Positions 50,632 to 61,065 are shown, counted from the stretch's first letter. The stretch: DNA of 64,000 nt from Faecousia sp. (GCA_045542575.1 JAZQLG010000039.1:38716-102715); one strand, 5' to 3'. Made by a program: numbers and translations. The notes: generated by a model not told the origin, from the letters alone.

Positions 50632-51688
50632 AAACCTGCATTTGTCAATATTCGGTCAATCCCATGGGCCAGCGATTGGTATGACGCTCACGGGAGTGCC
50701 TGCCGGCTATGAAGTTAATATGGATTCACTCCAGGCGTTTCTCAATCGCAGAGCCCCCGGTAATGCTTCCTATTCCACAGCAAGAAAGGAAGCGGACAAG
50801 CCAGAATTCCTTTCGGGCCTTGTTAATAATCGCACCTGTGGCACACCCATTAATGCTGTGATATACAACACCAATACCCGTTCCGGAGATTACGCTAACC
50901 TGATCTCCTGTCCCCGGCCCGGGCACGCAGACTACACTGCCCAGGTAAAATACGGTACAGATCACGATATTTCCGGGGGCGGCCATTTTTCCGGCAGGCT
51001 CACTGCCCCTTTGTGCATTGCAGGTGGAATGTGCATCCAATGGTTGGATAACTTGGGTGTAAAGATCACAGGACATATCAGTGCCATTGGGGGTATTGAG
51101 GACCGCCCTGTCACGCTCCATGAAGCTTCCCCTCCGGAGAAGGCCTTGGACCCCTGTTTCCCTGTTTACGATCAGGAAAGAGCCGAACAAATGCAGGCAA
51201 AAATTGCAAACGCGAAAGCAAGTGCCGACAGTGTTGGCGGTATTATTGAATGTGTTGTCACAGGTCTGCCCTCAGGTATCGGCGGCCCTCTGTTTGAAGG
51301 TCTGGAAGGCCGGCTTGCTTATGCGCTCTTCGGTATCCCCGCAGTAAAAGGCGTTGAATTTGGCAGCGGTTTTGAGAGTGCTTCCAAACTTGGAAGCCAA
51401 AATAACGATCCATTTATTATCAAGGATGGGAAAATTCAAACCCTAACCAACAATGCCGGCGGCATTTTGGGAGGCATTTCAAACGGAATGCCTGTTACCA
51501 TTCGTGTAGCGATAAAGCCTACACCTTCTATTGGCAAAAAGCAAAACACGGTTGATCTTGTAGCAATGCAAAACACAGAAATCGAAATCAAAGGGCGTCA
51601 CGATCCCTGCATTGTACCCAGAGCTGTTCCTGTTGTGGAGGCTACCGTTGCCACCGTCTTATTTGATGCAATCCTTTCCAATATATAA
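50612..51688 (+). CDS. aroC: Chorismate synthase
   Basis: GQSHG, RPGHAD, SGRLTA, RHDPC. Confidence 0.97.
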   Translation: MSTWKGENLHLSIFGQSHGPAIGMTLTGVPAGYEVNMDSLQAFLNRRAPGNASYSTARKEADKPEFLSGLVNNRTCGTPINAVIYNTNTRSGDYANLISCPRPGHADYTAQVKYGTDHDISGGGHFSGRLTAPLCIAGGMCIQWLDNLGVKITGHISAIGGIEDRPVTLHEASPPEKALDPCFPVYDQERAEQMQAKIANAKASADSVGGIIECVVTGLPSGIGGPLFEGLEGRLAYALFGIPAVKGVEFGSGFESASKLGSQNNDPFIIKDGKIQTLTNNAGGILGGISNGMPVTIRVAIKPTPSIGKKQNTVDLVAMQNTEIEIKGRHDPCIVPRAVPVVEATVATVLFDAILSNI

Positions 51689-51699
51689 GGAGAATAATT

Positions 51700-52842
51700 A
51701 TGAGTATTGACGATCTTCGTAAGGATATAGACCGAATCGACGACGAGCTGGTTCGCCTGTTTGTTGCACGTATGGATGTAGCCAAACAGGTTGCAGAGTA
51801 TAAAAAGGACAACGATCTCCCTATATTCGTTCCTGCCCGTGAACGAGAAAAACTTCAGGATGTTGCCGCAAAAGCAGGTCCTGAGATGGACGATTATATC
51901 CGCTCTTTGTATTCTATGATCTTTGAGATCAGCAGAAGCTATCAGTCAAAGTGCAATCAACAGGAAACGCCCCTTTATAAGCGCATTACCAGCGCAATTG
52001 AAAACACCCCAAAGCTTTTTCCTCAAGCTCCAATGGTGGCCTGCCAAGGTGTTGAGGGCGCTTATTCTCAAATTGCTTGTGAGCGGATCTTTAAATCCCC
52101 CAACATTATGTACTTCAAGAACTTCGACGGCGTTTTCCAAGCCATTGAAAAAGGTTTATGCCAGTATGGCATTTTGCCGATTGAAAATTCCACTGCCGGC
52201 TCTGTGAAAAAGGTATACGATCTGATGATCCATCACAATTTCTCTATTGTCCGCACCTTCCGCCTGAAGATCGACCACAATTTGTTGGCGCTTCCCGGCG
52301 TAAAAACGGAGGATATTAAAGAAATATACTCTCATGAGCAAGCAATCAACCAATGCTCAGATTTTCTGAAGACCATGCCCGGTGTAAAAATCATTCCTGT
52401 TGAAAATACAGCGATTGCCGCAAGTATGGTTGCCAGCTCCGGCCGCAAGGATATCGCAGCCCTCTCCAGCAAGAACTGTGAAGAGCTGTACGGTCTAAAG
52501 TCTCTTGCGGACTCTGTACAGGACAAAGGCAATAATCGCACCCGATTCATTTGTATCAGCAAGAACCTGGAGGTGTATCCCGGCTCCGATAAGACCAGCA
52601 TTATGATGATCCTGGCCCACAAGCCCGGTGCCCTTTATAAAGTCCTTGCACGGATGTATGTGCTGGGCATCAATGTGATAAAGCTGGAATCCCGCCCTAT
52701 CCCCGACAGAGATTTTGAGTTTATGTTCTACTTTGATTTGGAAACCTCCATCTATTCAGCAGAGTTTGTTCAATTAATTTGTGAGCTGGACGATATGTGT
52801 GAAGAATTTAAGTACTTGGGCAGTTACTGCGAGGTGGTTTAA
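51700..52842 (+). CDS. pheA: Bifunctional chorismate mutase / prephenate dehydratase
   Basis: N-terminal CM2 domain (LRKDIDRID), then QGVEGAYS, ENSTAG, TRF and ACT-domain ESRP. Confidence 0.94.
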   Translation: MSIDDLRKDIDRIDDELVRLFVARMDVAKQVAEYKKDNDLPIFVPAREREKLQDVAAKAGPEMDDYIRSLYSMIFEISRSYQSKCNQQETPLYKRITSAIENTPKLFPQAPMVACQGVEGAYSQIACERIFKSPNIMYFKNFDGVFQAIEKGLCQYGILPIENSTAGSVKKVYDLMIHHNFSIVRTFRLKIDHNLLALPGVKTEDIKEIYSHEQAINQCSDFLKTMPGVKIIPVENTAIAASMVASSGRKDIAALSSKNCEELYGLKSLADSVQDKGNNRTRFICISKNLEVYPGSDKTSIMMILAHKPGALYKVLARMYVLGINVIKLESRPIPDRDFEFMFYFDLETSIYSAEFVQLICELDDMCEEFKYLGSYCEVV

Positions 52843-54065
52843 TGCGCTACGGGTTATTGGGGCAAAAGCTGTCCCACAGTTATAGCCCTCAAATCCATAA
52901 GGCATTAGCCGGTTACGACTATGATCTGATTCAGGTCGATGAAAGTGCGTTGGATGAATTTATGCGGGCTGCTGATTTTTCCGGCATTAATGTTACCATT
53001 CCATACAAAAAGGCAGTTCTCCCCTATTGCACAAGCCTCTCTCCTGAAGCTCAGCGCCTTGGTGCGGTAAATACCATTGTAAAACACCCCGACGGAAGCC
53101 TCAGGGGGCACAATACTGATTACTTCGGTTTTCAGGAAATGGTAAAGCTCTCCGGACTGGATATAGCAGGCAAAAAAGTATTGGTACTTGGAAATGGTGG
53201 CGCAGGTGTAACCGCCTCTGCTGTGTTATCCGACCTGGGTGCAAATGTCATAATTATCTCCCGGCAAGGCAATAACAATTACGGCAACCTACATTTACAT
53301 GCAAATGCTTCTGTAATCGTCAATGCAACACCTGTTGGTATGTATCCAAACAACGGCCTTTCGCCAGTTTCTCTTGCTGATTTCCCCAACCTGGAGGGAG
53401 TGCTGGACCTTATCTACAATCCTTCCAAGACAGAACTTTTAATGCAGGCAGAGCATCGTGATTTGATTGCGCTTAACGGTCTATATATGTTGGTCGCACA
53501 GGCAAAGGAAAGTGCCGAGTACTTCTGCGGCAGGCAAATTCCCAACACTAAGATCGCAGACATCTACAATACACTGAAAGGGCAAATGCAAAACATCGTG
53601 CTTATTGGTATGCCCGGCTCCGGAAAATCCACCATCGGCGCGGAATTGGCAAAAAAATTGAACCGCAAATTTGTAGATACAGATCAATTGCTTACGGCGC
53701 AATTCGGTTGTTCCATTCCGCAATATATGGAGAAATTTGGATTGGAGCAGTTCAGAAAAGCCGAAACGAATGTAATTCGGCAGATCTGTAAGGAGTCGGG
53801 GCTGGTCATTGCCACCGGCGGGGGGTGTGTTACCATTGAATCCAATTACAGGCCCATTCGCCAAAACGCAACTGTGCTTTGGGTAAAACGGGATTTGGAT
53901 GATCTTCCAACAGAAGGGCGGCCTCTTTCCCAGAAGGGCAATCTCCAGGAAATGTATAAGGCTCGTGAGCCGCTGTACATTCGTTTTTCCGATATTCAGA
54001 TAGACAACAACGCAACGCCCCAAATGGCCGTAGACGCAGCCCTGAGGGCATTGAAAGGAGAATAA
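52842..54065 (+). CDS. aroE: Shikimate dehydrogenase-shikimate kinase fusion (AroE-AroK)
   Basis: SYSPQIH, NVTIPYK, NTD and NATPVGM, then GMPGSGKST, ATGGG and RPL. Confidence 0.92.
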   Translation: MRYGLLGQKLSHSYSPQIHKALAGYDYDLIQVDESALDEFMRAADFSGINVTIPYKKAVLPYCTSLSPEAQRLGAVNTIVKHPDGSLRGHNTDYFGFQEMVKLSGLDIAGKKVLVLGNGGAGVTASAVLSDLGANVIIISRQGNNNYGNLHLHANASVIVNATPVGMYPNNGLSPVSLADFPNLEGVLDLIYNPSKTELLMQAEHRDLIALNGLYMLVAQAKESAEYFCGRQIPNTKIADIYNTLKGQMQNIVLIGMPGSGKSTIGAELAKKLNRKFVDTDQLLTAQFGCSIPQYMEKFGLEQFRKAETNVIRQICKESGLVIATGGGCVTIESNYRPIRQNATVLWVKRDLDDLPTEGRPLSQKGNLQEMYKAREPLYIRFSDIQIDNNATPQMAVDAALRALKGE

Positions 54066-54500
54066 ATGAAGCTGCTGATAATTAACGGTCCGAATATAAA
54101 TATGCTGGGTATTCGTGAGCCTGATGTGTATGGCAGTCAAACCTATCAGTGCTTGCTTGAAACGATCCAGGCATATGCTGACAGTAATAACATTGCTGTT
54201 ACCTGTTTTCAGTCCAACCACGAAGGTGCAATTGTAGACTGTATCCAGCAGGCATACAATAAGTATGATGGCATCGTAATTAACCCTGCCGCATATACCC
54301 ACACTTCTGTTGCCATTTTGGACGCACTGAAGGCTGTTTCGATTCCAGCAGTTGAGGTGCATATTTCTGATGTTGACAGCCGGGAGGCCTTTCGTCAAAT
54401 ATCATACGCCGGTCTGGCGTGTGAAATAACAATTAAAGGCAAAGGCTTTGACGGCTACTGTCAGGCAATGGCGTACCTTAAGGAAAAGTATGAAAAATAG
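54066..54500 (+). CDS. aroQ: Type II 3-dehydroquinate dehydratase
   Basis: NGPNINMLGIREP, QSNHEG, NPAAYTHTS, EVHIS. Confidence 0.96.
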   Translation: MKLLIINGPNINMLGIREPDVYGSQTYQCLLETIQAYADSNNIAVTCFQSNHEGAIVDCIQQAYNKYDGIVINPAAYTHTSVAILDALKAVSIPAVEVHISDVDSREAFRQISYAGLACEITIKGKGFDGYCQAMAYLKEKYEK

Positions 54501-54525
54501 CGGTTGCAATGCAACCGCTATTTTT
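54494..54525. terminator. Bidirectional terminator overlapping both stop codons
   Basis: AAAATAGCGGTTGCA-A-TGCAACCGCTATTTT. Confidence 0.8.
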
Positions 54526-55021
54526 CATACTTTAAGGTTTTACTGTCCGAACGGACACTGCCGTCAAGGTATCTGGCCGAATCCTTCAAAACGCGAAAGC
54601 CACATTGTAAGTGCATTCGCATAGATGCGTAATTTTGATTGCTGATGTGGCTGTAAATGGGCATCCATCCGTTGTCTTTACACCGCGCAAGCAGCCCATT
54701 TATAAGCTGCATTCCATACCCTTTTCTCCTGCAATCAGGTCTTGTTTCCAGAGCAGTGAGTAGATACCCATCCTCGTATTTCTCAATTCTTGCGGCAGAA
54801 ATGTACGACCCATTCTCCTCGAGGACACAATATACCGCCCCTTCCTGGTGAAAAAAGGTATTGCGTAAATAATCAGCAAAATCCTGTTCTGCAAGACGGA
54901 TTTGCGTTGTAGCGGATTCATACGGATAGAACCTATTACCATTTTCCATATTTCCCTCACGATATACCGCCATAAGCTCCTCAAAACACAATTGAGAAAG
55001 GCTATCAAACCACAATATCAC
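54518..55021 (-). CDS. GNAT-family acetyltransferase
   Basis: LETRPDCRRKGYG and N.AS..MH..CGF acetyl-CoA motifs; start codon uncertain (GTG chosen after GGAG). Confidence 0.85.
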   Translation of the reverse strand: MILWFDSLSQLCFEELMAVYREGNMENGNRFYPYESATTQIRLAEQDFADYLRNTFFHQEGAVYCVLEENGSYISAARIEKYEDGYLLTALETRPDCRRKGYGMQLINGLLARCKDNGWMPIYSHISNQNYASMRMHLQCGFRVLKDSARYLDGSVRSDSKTLKYEK

Positions 55022-55105
55022 AGCAATAAATCTCCAATACAAAATGACATAAGCAAACGAAATAAACATCATTTATCGACGAAAAGTTGGGGAATTCGGT
55101 TTCCA

Positions 55106-55222
55106 TAATCCACATTTTAGGTAATAAACCACGACTTATTCACATATTCCACAAGGTTATCCACAAGCCAGTCACAGTGAAAGAGTCGTTAATGTTGGAG
55201 ATACACCGGAAAATGTGCACAA
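55106..55222. promoter_or_regulatory. DnaA-box cluster
   Basis: TAATCCACA (55106), TTATTCACA (55136), TATTCCACA (55145), TTATCCACA (55157) and a reverse TTGTGCACA (55214-55222). Confidence 0.6.
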
Positions 55223-55337
55223 ATAGGAAACAAAAAATATCATAAAAAGCAAAATCAATAAGGTAGACATAACATGGTAAAATGTGCCAATGATTTACAC
55301 CAAAATTGCGCGATTTATTATAAGGCGACAGTAGCGA

Positions 55338-56354
55338 TCAGATCGTCTCACCTATAATTGATTTTGTTGCATACGCATTTAGTTCCATATCGGCGGTATT
55401 CCCCGCAAGAAATTCATAATACCCTTGGGCGCCGATCATAGCGGAATTGTCCCCACAAAGGTGCAGCGGTGGCATATACAGCTTAGCCCCCATTTTAGCG
55501 GCGGCGGCCTGCATATCTGCCCGAATGGTGGAATTTGCCGCGACACCTCCGGCCACTGCCAAATTCTTATAGCCGGTTTGTTTCAAAGCCATTTCAACGC
55601 GAGGTACAAGATTATCCGAAACAGCCTTGCTGAAGCTTGCGCACAGACCGGGGATGTCCAGTTTCTCCCCAATTTGCTCCGCGTGGTGGATCAAATTGAG
55701 CGCTGCTGTCTTTAGACCCGAAAAGCTCATATCATAGAGGTTACTTCCCGGCTTTGAGCGCGGCAATAAGTACTTGTTTGGATCACCTGACTGAGCCACC
55801 CGATCCAATGCACTGCCGCCGGGATAGGGCATATTCAGCACACGGGCAACTTTGTCAAAGCACTCTCCCGCCGCGTCGTCCAGTGTCGTACCCAGGATCT
55901 GCATTTTGGTATAGTCCTGCACATCAACGATCATTGTGTGTCCACCGGACACAACAAGGCACAGAAAAGGCGGCTTTAACTCCGGAAAAGCGATATAATT
56001 CGCTGCGATATGCCCTCTTATATGGTGAACCGGAATAAGGGGCTTATTCAACGCCAGAGCTGCGGCCTTAGCAAAGTTCACACCAACAAGAACCGCACCA
56101 ATCAGCCCGGGGGCATAGGTAACGGCGATGCCATCAATATCCTGCCTTGAAACATTTGCCTTTTCTATCGCCTGTTCGGCTAATCCATAAATGGCTTCGA
56201 TATGCATTCTGGAAGCAATTTCAGGCACAACGCCACCGTAGATCCGGTGAAGGTCTACCTGTGATGCGATGCAGTCCGCCAATACGGTCCGACCGTCCTG
56301 TACAACACTGACGGCAGTTTCATCGCAGGAAGATTCTACTGCAAGAATATTCAT
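55338..56354 (-). CDS. tsaD: tRNA t6A threonylcarbamoyltransferase
   Basis: ESSCDET, GGVVPEIASR, HHIRGH, SGGHT, DDAAGECFDK. Confidence 0.98.
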   Translation of the reverse strand: MNILAVESSCDETAVSVVQDGRTVLADCIASQVDLHRIYGGVVPEIASRMHIEAIYGLAEQAIEKANVSRQDIDGIAVTYAPGLIGAVLVGVNFAKAAALALNKPLIPVHHIRGHIAANYIAFPELKPPFLCLVVSGGHTMIVDVQDYTKMQILGTTLDDAAGECFDKVARVLNMPYPGGSALDRVAQSGDPNKYLLPRSKPGSNLYDMSFSGLKTAALNLIHHAEQIGEKLDIPGLCASFSKAVSDNLVPRVEMALKQTGYKNLAVAGGVAANSTIRADMQAAAAKMGAKLYMPPLHLCGDNSAMIGAQGYYEFLAGNTADMELNAYATKSIIGETI

Positions 56355-56794
56355 TTGGCAAACTCCTTTCGCATAATATACGCATCCTCCCTGGGATTAC
56401 GATAATACCCGGGCCGTTTACCGGCAACGGCAAAGCCCATCTTTTTATACAGGCCAATAGCTGCTTCATTGGAAACACGCACTTCCAGGCTCAAACTAAC
56501 TACATCTTTCTTCTTTAGCGCTTCCACAAGCTCCGTAATCAGTGCATACCCTATTCCCCGGTTGCGCCAATCAGGATGAACGGCAATATTCATCATATCT
56601 GCACCGTCCAATACGCTCTGAGAACCTATATAGCCAACAACTTTGCCATGTTCCACTGCGACAAGCCAGTAAGAAAGAGCGTTGTGCAGTTCTGTGGCAA
56701 TAGAATTGACGCTCCAGGGGTCAGAAAAGCACAGCTTCTCCAATTCCGCAATTGCCTCTATATGGCTCTCGTTCATTTTAAGATATTCCATCAC
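56351..56794 (-). CDS. rimI: Ribosomal-protein alanine N-acetyltransferase
   Basis: FSDPWS, NIAVHP..R.RGIG, LEVRVSN, GYY...EDA; upstream of tsaD. Confidence 0.92.
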   Translation of the reverse strand: MMEYLKMNESHIEAIAELEKLCFSDPWSVNSIATELHNALSYWLVAVEHGKVVGYIGSQSVLDGADMMNIAVHPDWRNRGIGYALITELVEALKKKDVVSLSLEVRVSNEAAIGLYKKMGFAVAGKRPGYYRNPREDAYIMRKEFAK

Positions 56795-59325
56795 TTTGCC
56801 TCATACCAACTACTGCCCCATTTTGCTTCCGCAAGGAGGGGTACTGAAAGCTTAGCCGCATTTTCCATCTCATTGCTGATAAGGCCGGCAACCTGGGGAG
56901 CAATTTCTTCCGGACATTCTACGATCAGTTCATCATGCACCTGCAAAATAAGCTTTGCATCCGGGTAATGCTCTTGCAGTACCCTATCTACCCGCACCAT
57001 AGCAAGCTTAATAATATCCGCAGCAGTTCCCTGAATAGGGGTATTCAGCGCAATGCGTTCTGCACCCTGCCGAATATTGAAATTACTGCTCTTCAGCTCC
57101 GGGATGCTCCGTTTTCTTCCGTATAGTGTCTGGGTATAGCCAATATTTCTGGCATTTTCAACTACCTCGTGCATATATGCACGCACACCACGGTAGTTAT
57201 TCAAATAGGACTCAATATACTCCTTCGCCTGATAACGGCTGACACCGATATCGTCTGCAAGGGAAAACTCGGAAATACCGTAAACAATACCGAAATTAAC
57301 TGCCTTTGCGTGTCTTCTTTGTAAGGAGGTAACATTTTCGGGTGCAACACCGAAGACCTGGGATGCCGTTGCTGTGTGAATATCAAGGCCATCAATGAAG
57401 GCCTGACGCATAACCGCATCATTTGCAATATGCGCCAATACACGAAGCTCGATCTGGCTGTAATCCGCATCCACAAGCACATACCCGGGCTTTGGAATAA
57501 ACATTTTACGAATTTCGGCGCCAAGATCCGTACGGACAGGAATGTTCTGCAGGTTTGGCTCCGTAGAAGAAAGCCGACCGGTGGCAGTGACCAAATTTTG
57601 GAAAGTGGTGTGAATACGACCGTCTTGGGCGATAGCTCCGGACAGTCCCTCTGCATAGGTGGAATTCAGCTTTGTCAGCATCCGGTAATCCATAATTGCA
57701 GGAATGATAGGGTGCTTGTTTTTAAGTTTTTCCAACACATCTGCATTGGTTGAGTAACCAGTCTTTGTCTTTTTAACAGGTGGCAATCCCAGCTTTTCAA
57801 ACAGAAGCTGCCCCAATTGCTTCGTAGAATTGATGTTGAAGGGTTCTTCCGAATAGAAATAAATCTGCTTTTCGCAGGCGGAAATCCGCTCAGAAAGCAT
57901 TTGACCGAACTGCTTAAGCTGCACTGCATCAATAGCAACGCCCTGTTTTTCCATTTTATAAAGCACCGTGCAAAGGGGAAATTCGATCTGCTCATACAGA
58001 TCTGCCATCCCCTCTTTGCCGAGCGTTTCAATCAGGATGTTCTTAAGGTACCAAACAGCCTCAGCACACGCACAAGGGTCATTGTCGTCCACATTTTTAC
58101 CTAAAAATGTGGTCGCAAGCTTGGAAACAGGATAATCAGATTGGGATGGGTTTAAGTTATATGCAGCAAGGGCTGTATCAAAAACGAAATTGCCGTGCGG
58201 AAGACCGATGCTGTCCAATAAGTGAAGAGTTGCTTTTAGATCATGACAGATCACACTATTTGCATCCTTCAGCACCTGTTCTGCGCCGAAAGCCTCCATA
58301 GGTGTAAGGGCGCACACGCCGCTTTCCCAGGCGATACCTATAGACCCATCAGGTGCAATATATAGCGCAATATCCCTTCCTGCGGTGTCTGGGCAGTCCG
58401 CAACAGGCAAAGAAGCACACTTGCAAATATTTGCAGGTGATTGCTTAATGGTAACCCCGCGAAGTCCATACTTATCGATCAGCTTTACGAACTCCAGCTT
58501 GGTAAAAAGCTCATACAGCGCTTCTTTATTATAGGGTGCAATAATTGCATCCATAGGCGCAAAATCAATTGGCGCGTTTGTGCGTATCGTAGCAAGATCA
58601 TAGGACAGATAGGCACTGTCTTTGCCCGCTTCAAGCTTTTCCCGCAGCTTTGGGCGAATGGATGGGTCATCTAAATTTTCATAAACGCCATCGAGAGAGC
58701 CAAACTTCAGCAAAAGCTCAGAGGCCGTTTTGGGTCCTACGCCCGGAACACCCGGGATATTATCCGAGGAATCCCCCATTAGCGCCTTCAGGTCGATCAG
58801 CTTTTTCGGTTCAAAGCCATATTCTTCCCGGAACAGCTTTTCATCATAAATCGTTGCAGTTGTCTGACCCGGTTTGGAAATCACAAGGCGAACATGCACA
58901 TTGGCATCGATCAGCTGCAGGCTATCACGGTCGCCGGTTGCGATCACGCACTCCCAGTCATTGTTGCTGCAAATAACACCTACGGTACCGATTATATCGT
59001 CCGCTTCCCATCCCTGGCACTCATAGATAGGAATGTTCATTGCCCGAAGCACATCCTTCATAATGGGCATCTGCCGGGCAAGCTCCTCCGGCATACCGTG
59101 GCGGGTTGCCTTGTAACCGTCATATTGCAGATGACGGAATGTGGGGCCGTGTAAATCAAACGCAACGCAAAGAGCATCCGGCTGAACATCTTTTTCCATC
59201 CGGTCCAAAATGTTCAAAAAGCCATAGATCGCATTTGTGTAAAGCCCTTCACGGGTAGTCAAGGGCTTTACGCCGTAGTATGCTCTATTGATGATGCTGT
59301 TACCATCCAGAATTAATAATTTCAT
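56791..59325 (-). CDS. polA: DNA polymerase I
   Basis: 5'-3' exonuclease motifs (LDGNS, EADD, GDSSDN) and polymerase motifs DYSQIELR, KAVNFGIVYG, QVHDEL. Confidence 0.98.
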   Translation of the reverse strand: MKLLILDGNSIINRAYYGVKPLTTREGLYTNAIYGFLNILDRMEKDVQPDALCVAFDLHGPTFRHLQYDGYKATRHGMPEELARQMPIMKDVLRAMNIPIYECQGWEADDIIGTVGVICSNNDWECVIATGDRDSLQLIDANVHVRLVISKPGQTTATIYDEKLFREEYGFEPKKLIDLKALMGDSSDNIPGVPGVGPKTASELLLKFGSLDGVYENLDDPSIRPKLREKLEAGKDSAYLSYDLATIRTNAPIDFAPMDAIIAPYNKEALYELFTKLEFVKLIDKYGLRGVTIKQSPANICKCASLPVADCPDTAGRDIALYIAPDGSIGIAWESGVCALTPMEAFGAEQVLKDANSVICHDLKATLHLLDSIGLPHGNFVFDTALAAYNLNPSQSDYPVSKLATTFLGKNVDDNDPCACAEAVWYLKNILIETLGKEGMADLYEQIEFPLCTVLYKMEKQGVAIDAVQLKQFGQMLSERISACEKQIYFYSEEPFNINSTKQLGQLLFEKLGLPPVKKTKTGYSTNADVLEKLKNKHPIIPAIMDYRMLTKLNSTYAEGLSGAIAQDGRIHTTFQNLVTATGRLSSTEPNLQNIPVRTDLGAEIRKMFIPKPGYVLVDADYSQIELRVLAHIANDAVMRQAFIDGLDIHTATASQVFGVAPENVTSLQRRHAKAVNFGIVYGISEFSLADDIGVSRYQAKEYIESYLNNYRGVRAYMHEVVENARNIGYTQTLYGRKRSIPELKSSNFNIRQGAERIALNTPIQGTAADIIKLAMVRVDRVLQEHYPDAKLILQVHDELIVECPEEIAPQVAGLISNEMENAAKLSVPLLAEAKWGSSWYEAK

Positions 59326-60737
59326 ACTTTTCTCCACTTTGTGCCCTGAGGCGTATCAATAATTTCAACACCCATATTTTTTAACAGGTCACGAATTCTG
59401 TCGGCTTCCGCAAAATTCTTTTCTTTCTTTGCCTGGGTACGGGCAAGCACCAGGCCATCAATTTCAGGGTCGGCAGATTCAGCCGCCTCACGAGCTTGCT
59501 TGCTGCGAAGCTCCTCTGCCTTCCTCAAAAGGTCAAGGCACAGCACCCGATCGAAGTCAGCAAGCGCAGCCAACTTTGTTGCATCGTTTGTCTTTGCCTT
59601 CAGCACATCATACACAGCGGTGACCGCAAGAGATGTATTAAGGTCGCCGTTCAGCGCATTTACAAAGCGTTCCTTCAGCGCTGTAAATTCCGCATCATCC
59701 ACATCCCCATCGGGCATCAGTGTGGCGATCTTTGCAATCAGCTTTTCGTAAGTCTGTGCGGCATTGTCCAAGTTTTCCCAGCTGAACACAAGATTTCTGC
59801 GATAATGGCTCTGCAGGCAGAAAAGTCTGTAGGCCATAGGATCATACCCCTTGCTTTCCAGAAGGCTGACGGTAAGAAATTCGCCCTTGGATTTGGACAT
59901 TTTTCCGGTGTCCGTATTCAAATGATGGACATGGAACCAGTAACTGCACCACTTATGTCCGAAGTAGCTTTCAGACTGGGCAATTTCATTGGTATGGTGG
60001 GGAAACGCATTATCGATACCACCACAATGGATGTCCAGATCCTCACCCAGGTACTTCTGGCAGATAGCAGAACATTCAATGTGCCAGCCAGGGTATCCAA
60101 CGCCCCAAGGGGATTCCCACTTCAGTGCCTGATCTTCAAACTTCGATTTTGTAAACCACAGCACAAAATCGTTGCGGTTTCGCTTGTTCGTATCCTCTTC
60201 TACTCCTTCACGGACACCAACTGCCAAGTCTTCTTCATTGTGGTCATTAAAGACATAGTATTTGTCCAGTTTGGATGTGTCGAAATACACATTTCCACCG
60301 GCAACATAGGCAAAGCCCTTATCCACAAGCGTGACAACCATCTGAATAAACTCAGCAACACAACCAGTTGCTGGCTGGATAAATTCAGGCTTTTTGATGT
60401 TGAGCTTATCACAATCAGCGAAAAAAGCATTCGTATAATATTGGGCAATCTCCATTACGGTTTTGTTCTCCCGTTTTGCCCCCTTCAGCATCTTGTCTTC
60501 ACCGGTATCTGCATCGGAAGCCAAATGGCCTACATCCGTAATATTCATTACACGCTTTACATTATACCCAAGATAGTTTAGAGCCTTCTCCAGCACATCC
60601 TCCATAATATAGGTACGCAAATTGCCAATGTGCGCATAATGGTACACCGTAGGCCCACAGGTGTACATTTTCACAACATCAGGTGAATTTGGAACAAACA
60701 GTTCCTTTTTGTGACTTAATGAATTATAAAGATACAT
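59322..60737 (-). CDS. cysS: Cysteinyl-tRNA synthetase
   Basis: CGPTVY..AHIGN, GWHIECS, FPHHTNE, KMSKS. Confidence 0.99.
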   Translation of the reverse strand: MYLYNSLSHKKELFVPNSPDVVKMYTCGPTVYHYAHIGNLRTYIMEDVLEKALNYLGYNVKRVMNITDVGHLASDADTGEDKMLKGAKRENKTVMEIAQYYTNAFFADCDKLNIKKPEFIQPATGCVAEFIQMVVTLVDKGFAYVAGGNVYFDTSKLDKYYVFNDHNEEDLAVGVREGVEEDTNKRNRNDFVLWFTKSKFEDQALKWESPWGVGYPGWHIECSAICQKYLGEDLDIHCGGIDNAFPHHTNEIAQSESYFGHKWCSYWFHVHHLNTDTGKMSKSKGEFLTVSLLESKGYDPMAYRLFCLQSHYRRNLVFSWENLDNAAQTYEKLIAKIATLMPDGDVDDAEFTALKERFVNALNGDLNTSLAVTAVYDVLKAKTNDATKLAALADFDRVLCLDLLRKAEELRSKQAREAAESADPEIDGLVLARTQAKKEKNFAEADRIRDLLKNMGVEIIDTPQGTKWRKV

Positions 60738-60754
60738 AAAAAACCTCCAAACAG

Positions 60755-60940
60755 CAAAAAATCCTCTTGCGCCATAGCACAAGAGGCGAATTGAAAACCC
60801 GCGGTTCCACTCTCATTTATCACTTAAAACGAATTCACTCCCGGGCGCACTTTCACGAATAATATCTGCCGGATTTGCAGCCAATGACCCGGCTCTCTGA
60901 AAGATACCTTCTTCGTTACTCTTCCCATTCACAGTGATAT
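60755..60940 (-). promoter_or_regulatory. T-box riboswitch (Cys)
   Basis: AGTA, AGAGA and GCTGCAA stem I motifs; specifier TGC (60847-60849); T-box GTGGAACCGCG, whose A matches the tRNA-Cys U73 discriminator; terminator. Confidence 0.92.
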
Positions 60941-61065
60941 GAACTTGAAAACATTTTACCATTTCATTATGGCTTTTGTCAAGAATTACTGGAAATAATG
61001 TTCTGTTTCCCCATTGCGATATGCCGAATTATATGATAAAATCAAGAAAAAAGGAGGCAACCTAT

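Noticed and set aside
55075-55335. DnaA-box cluster as oriC
   Set aside because: No dnaA, dnaN, rpmH or gidA nearby, no clear DnaA-trio/DUE and no lasting switch in gene orientation; kept only as a DnaA-box cluster.
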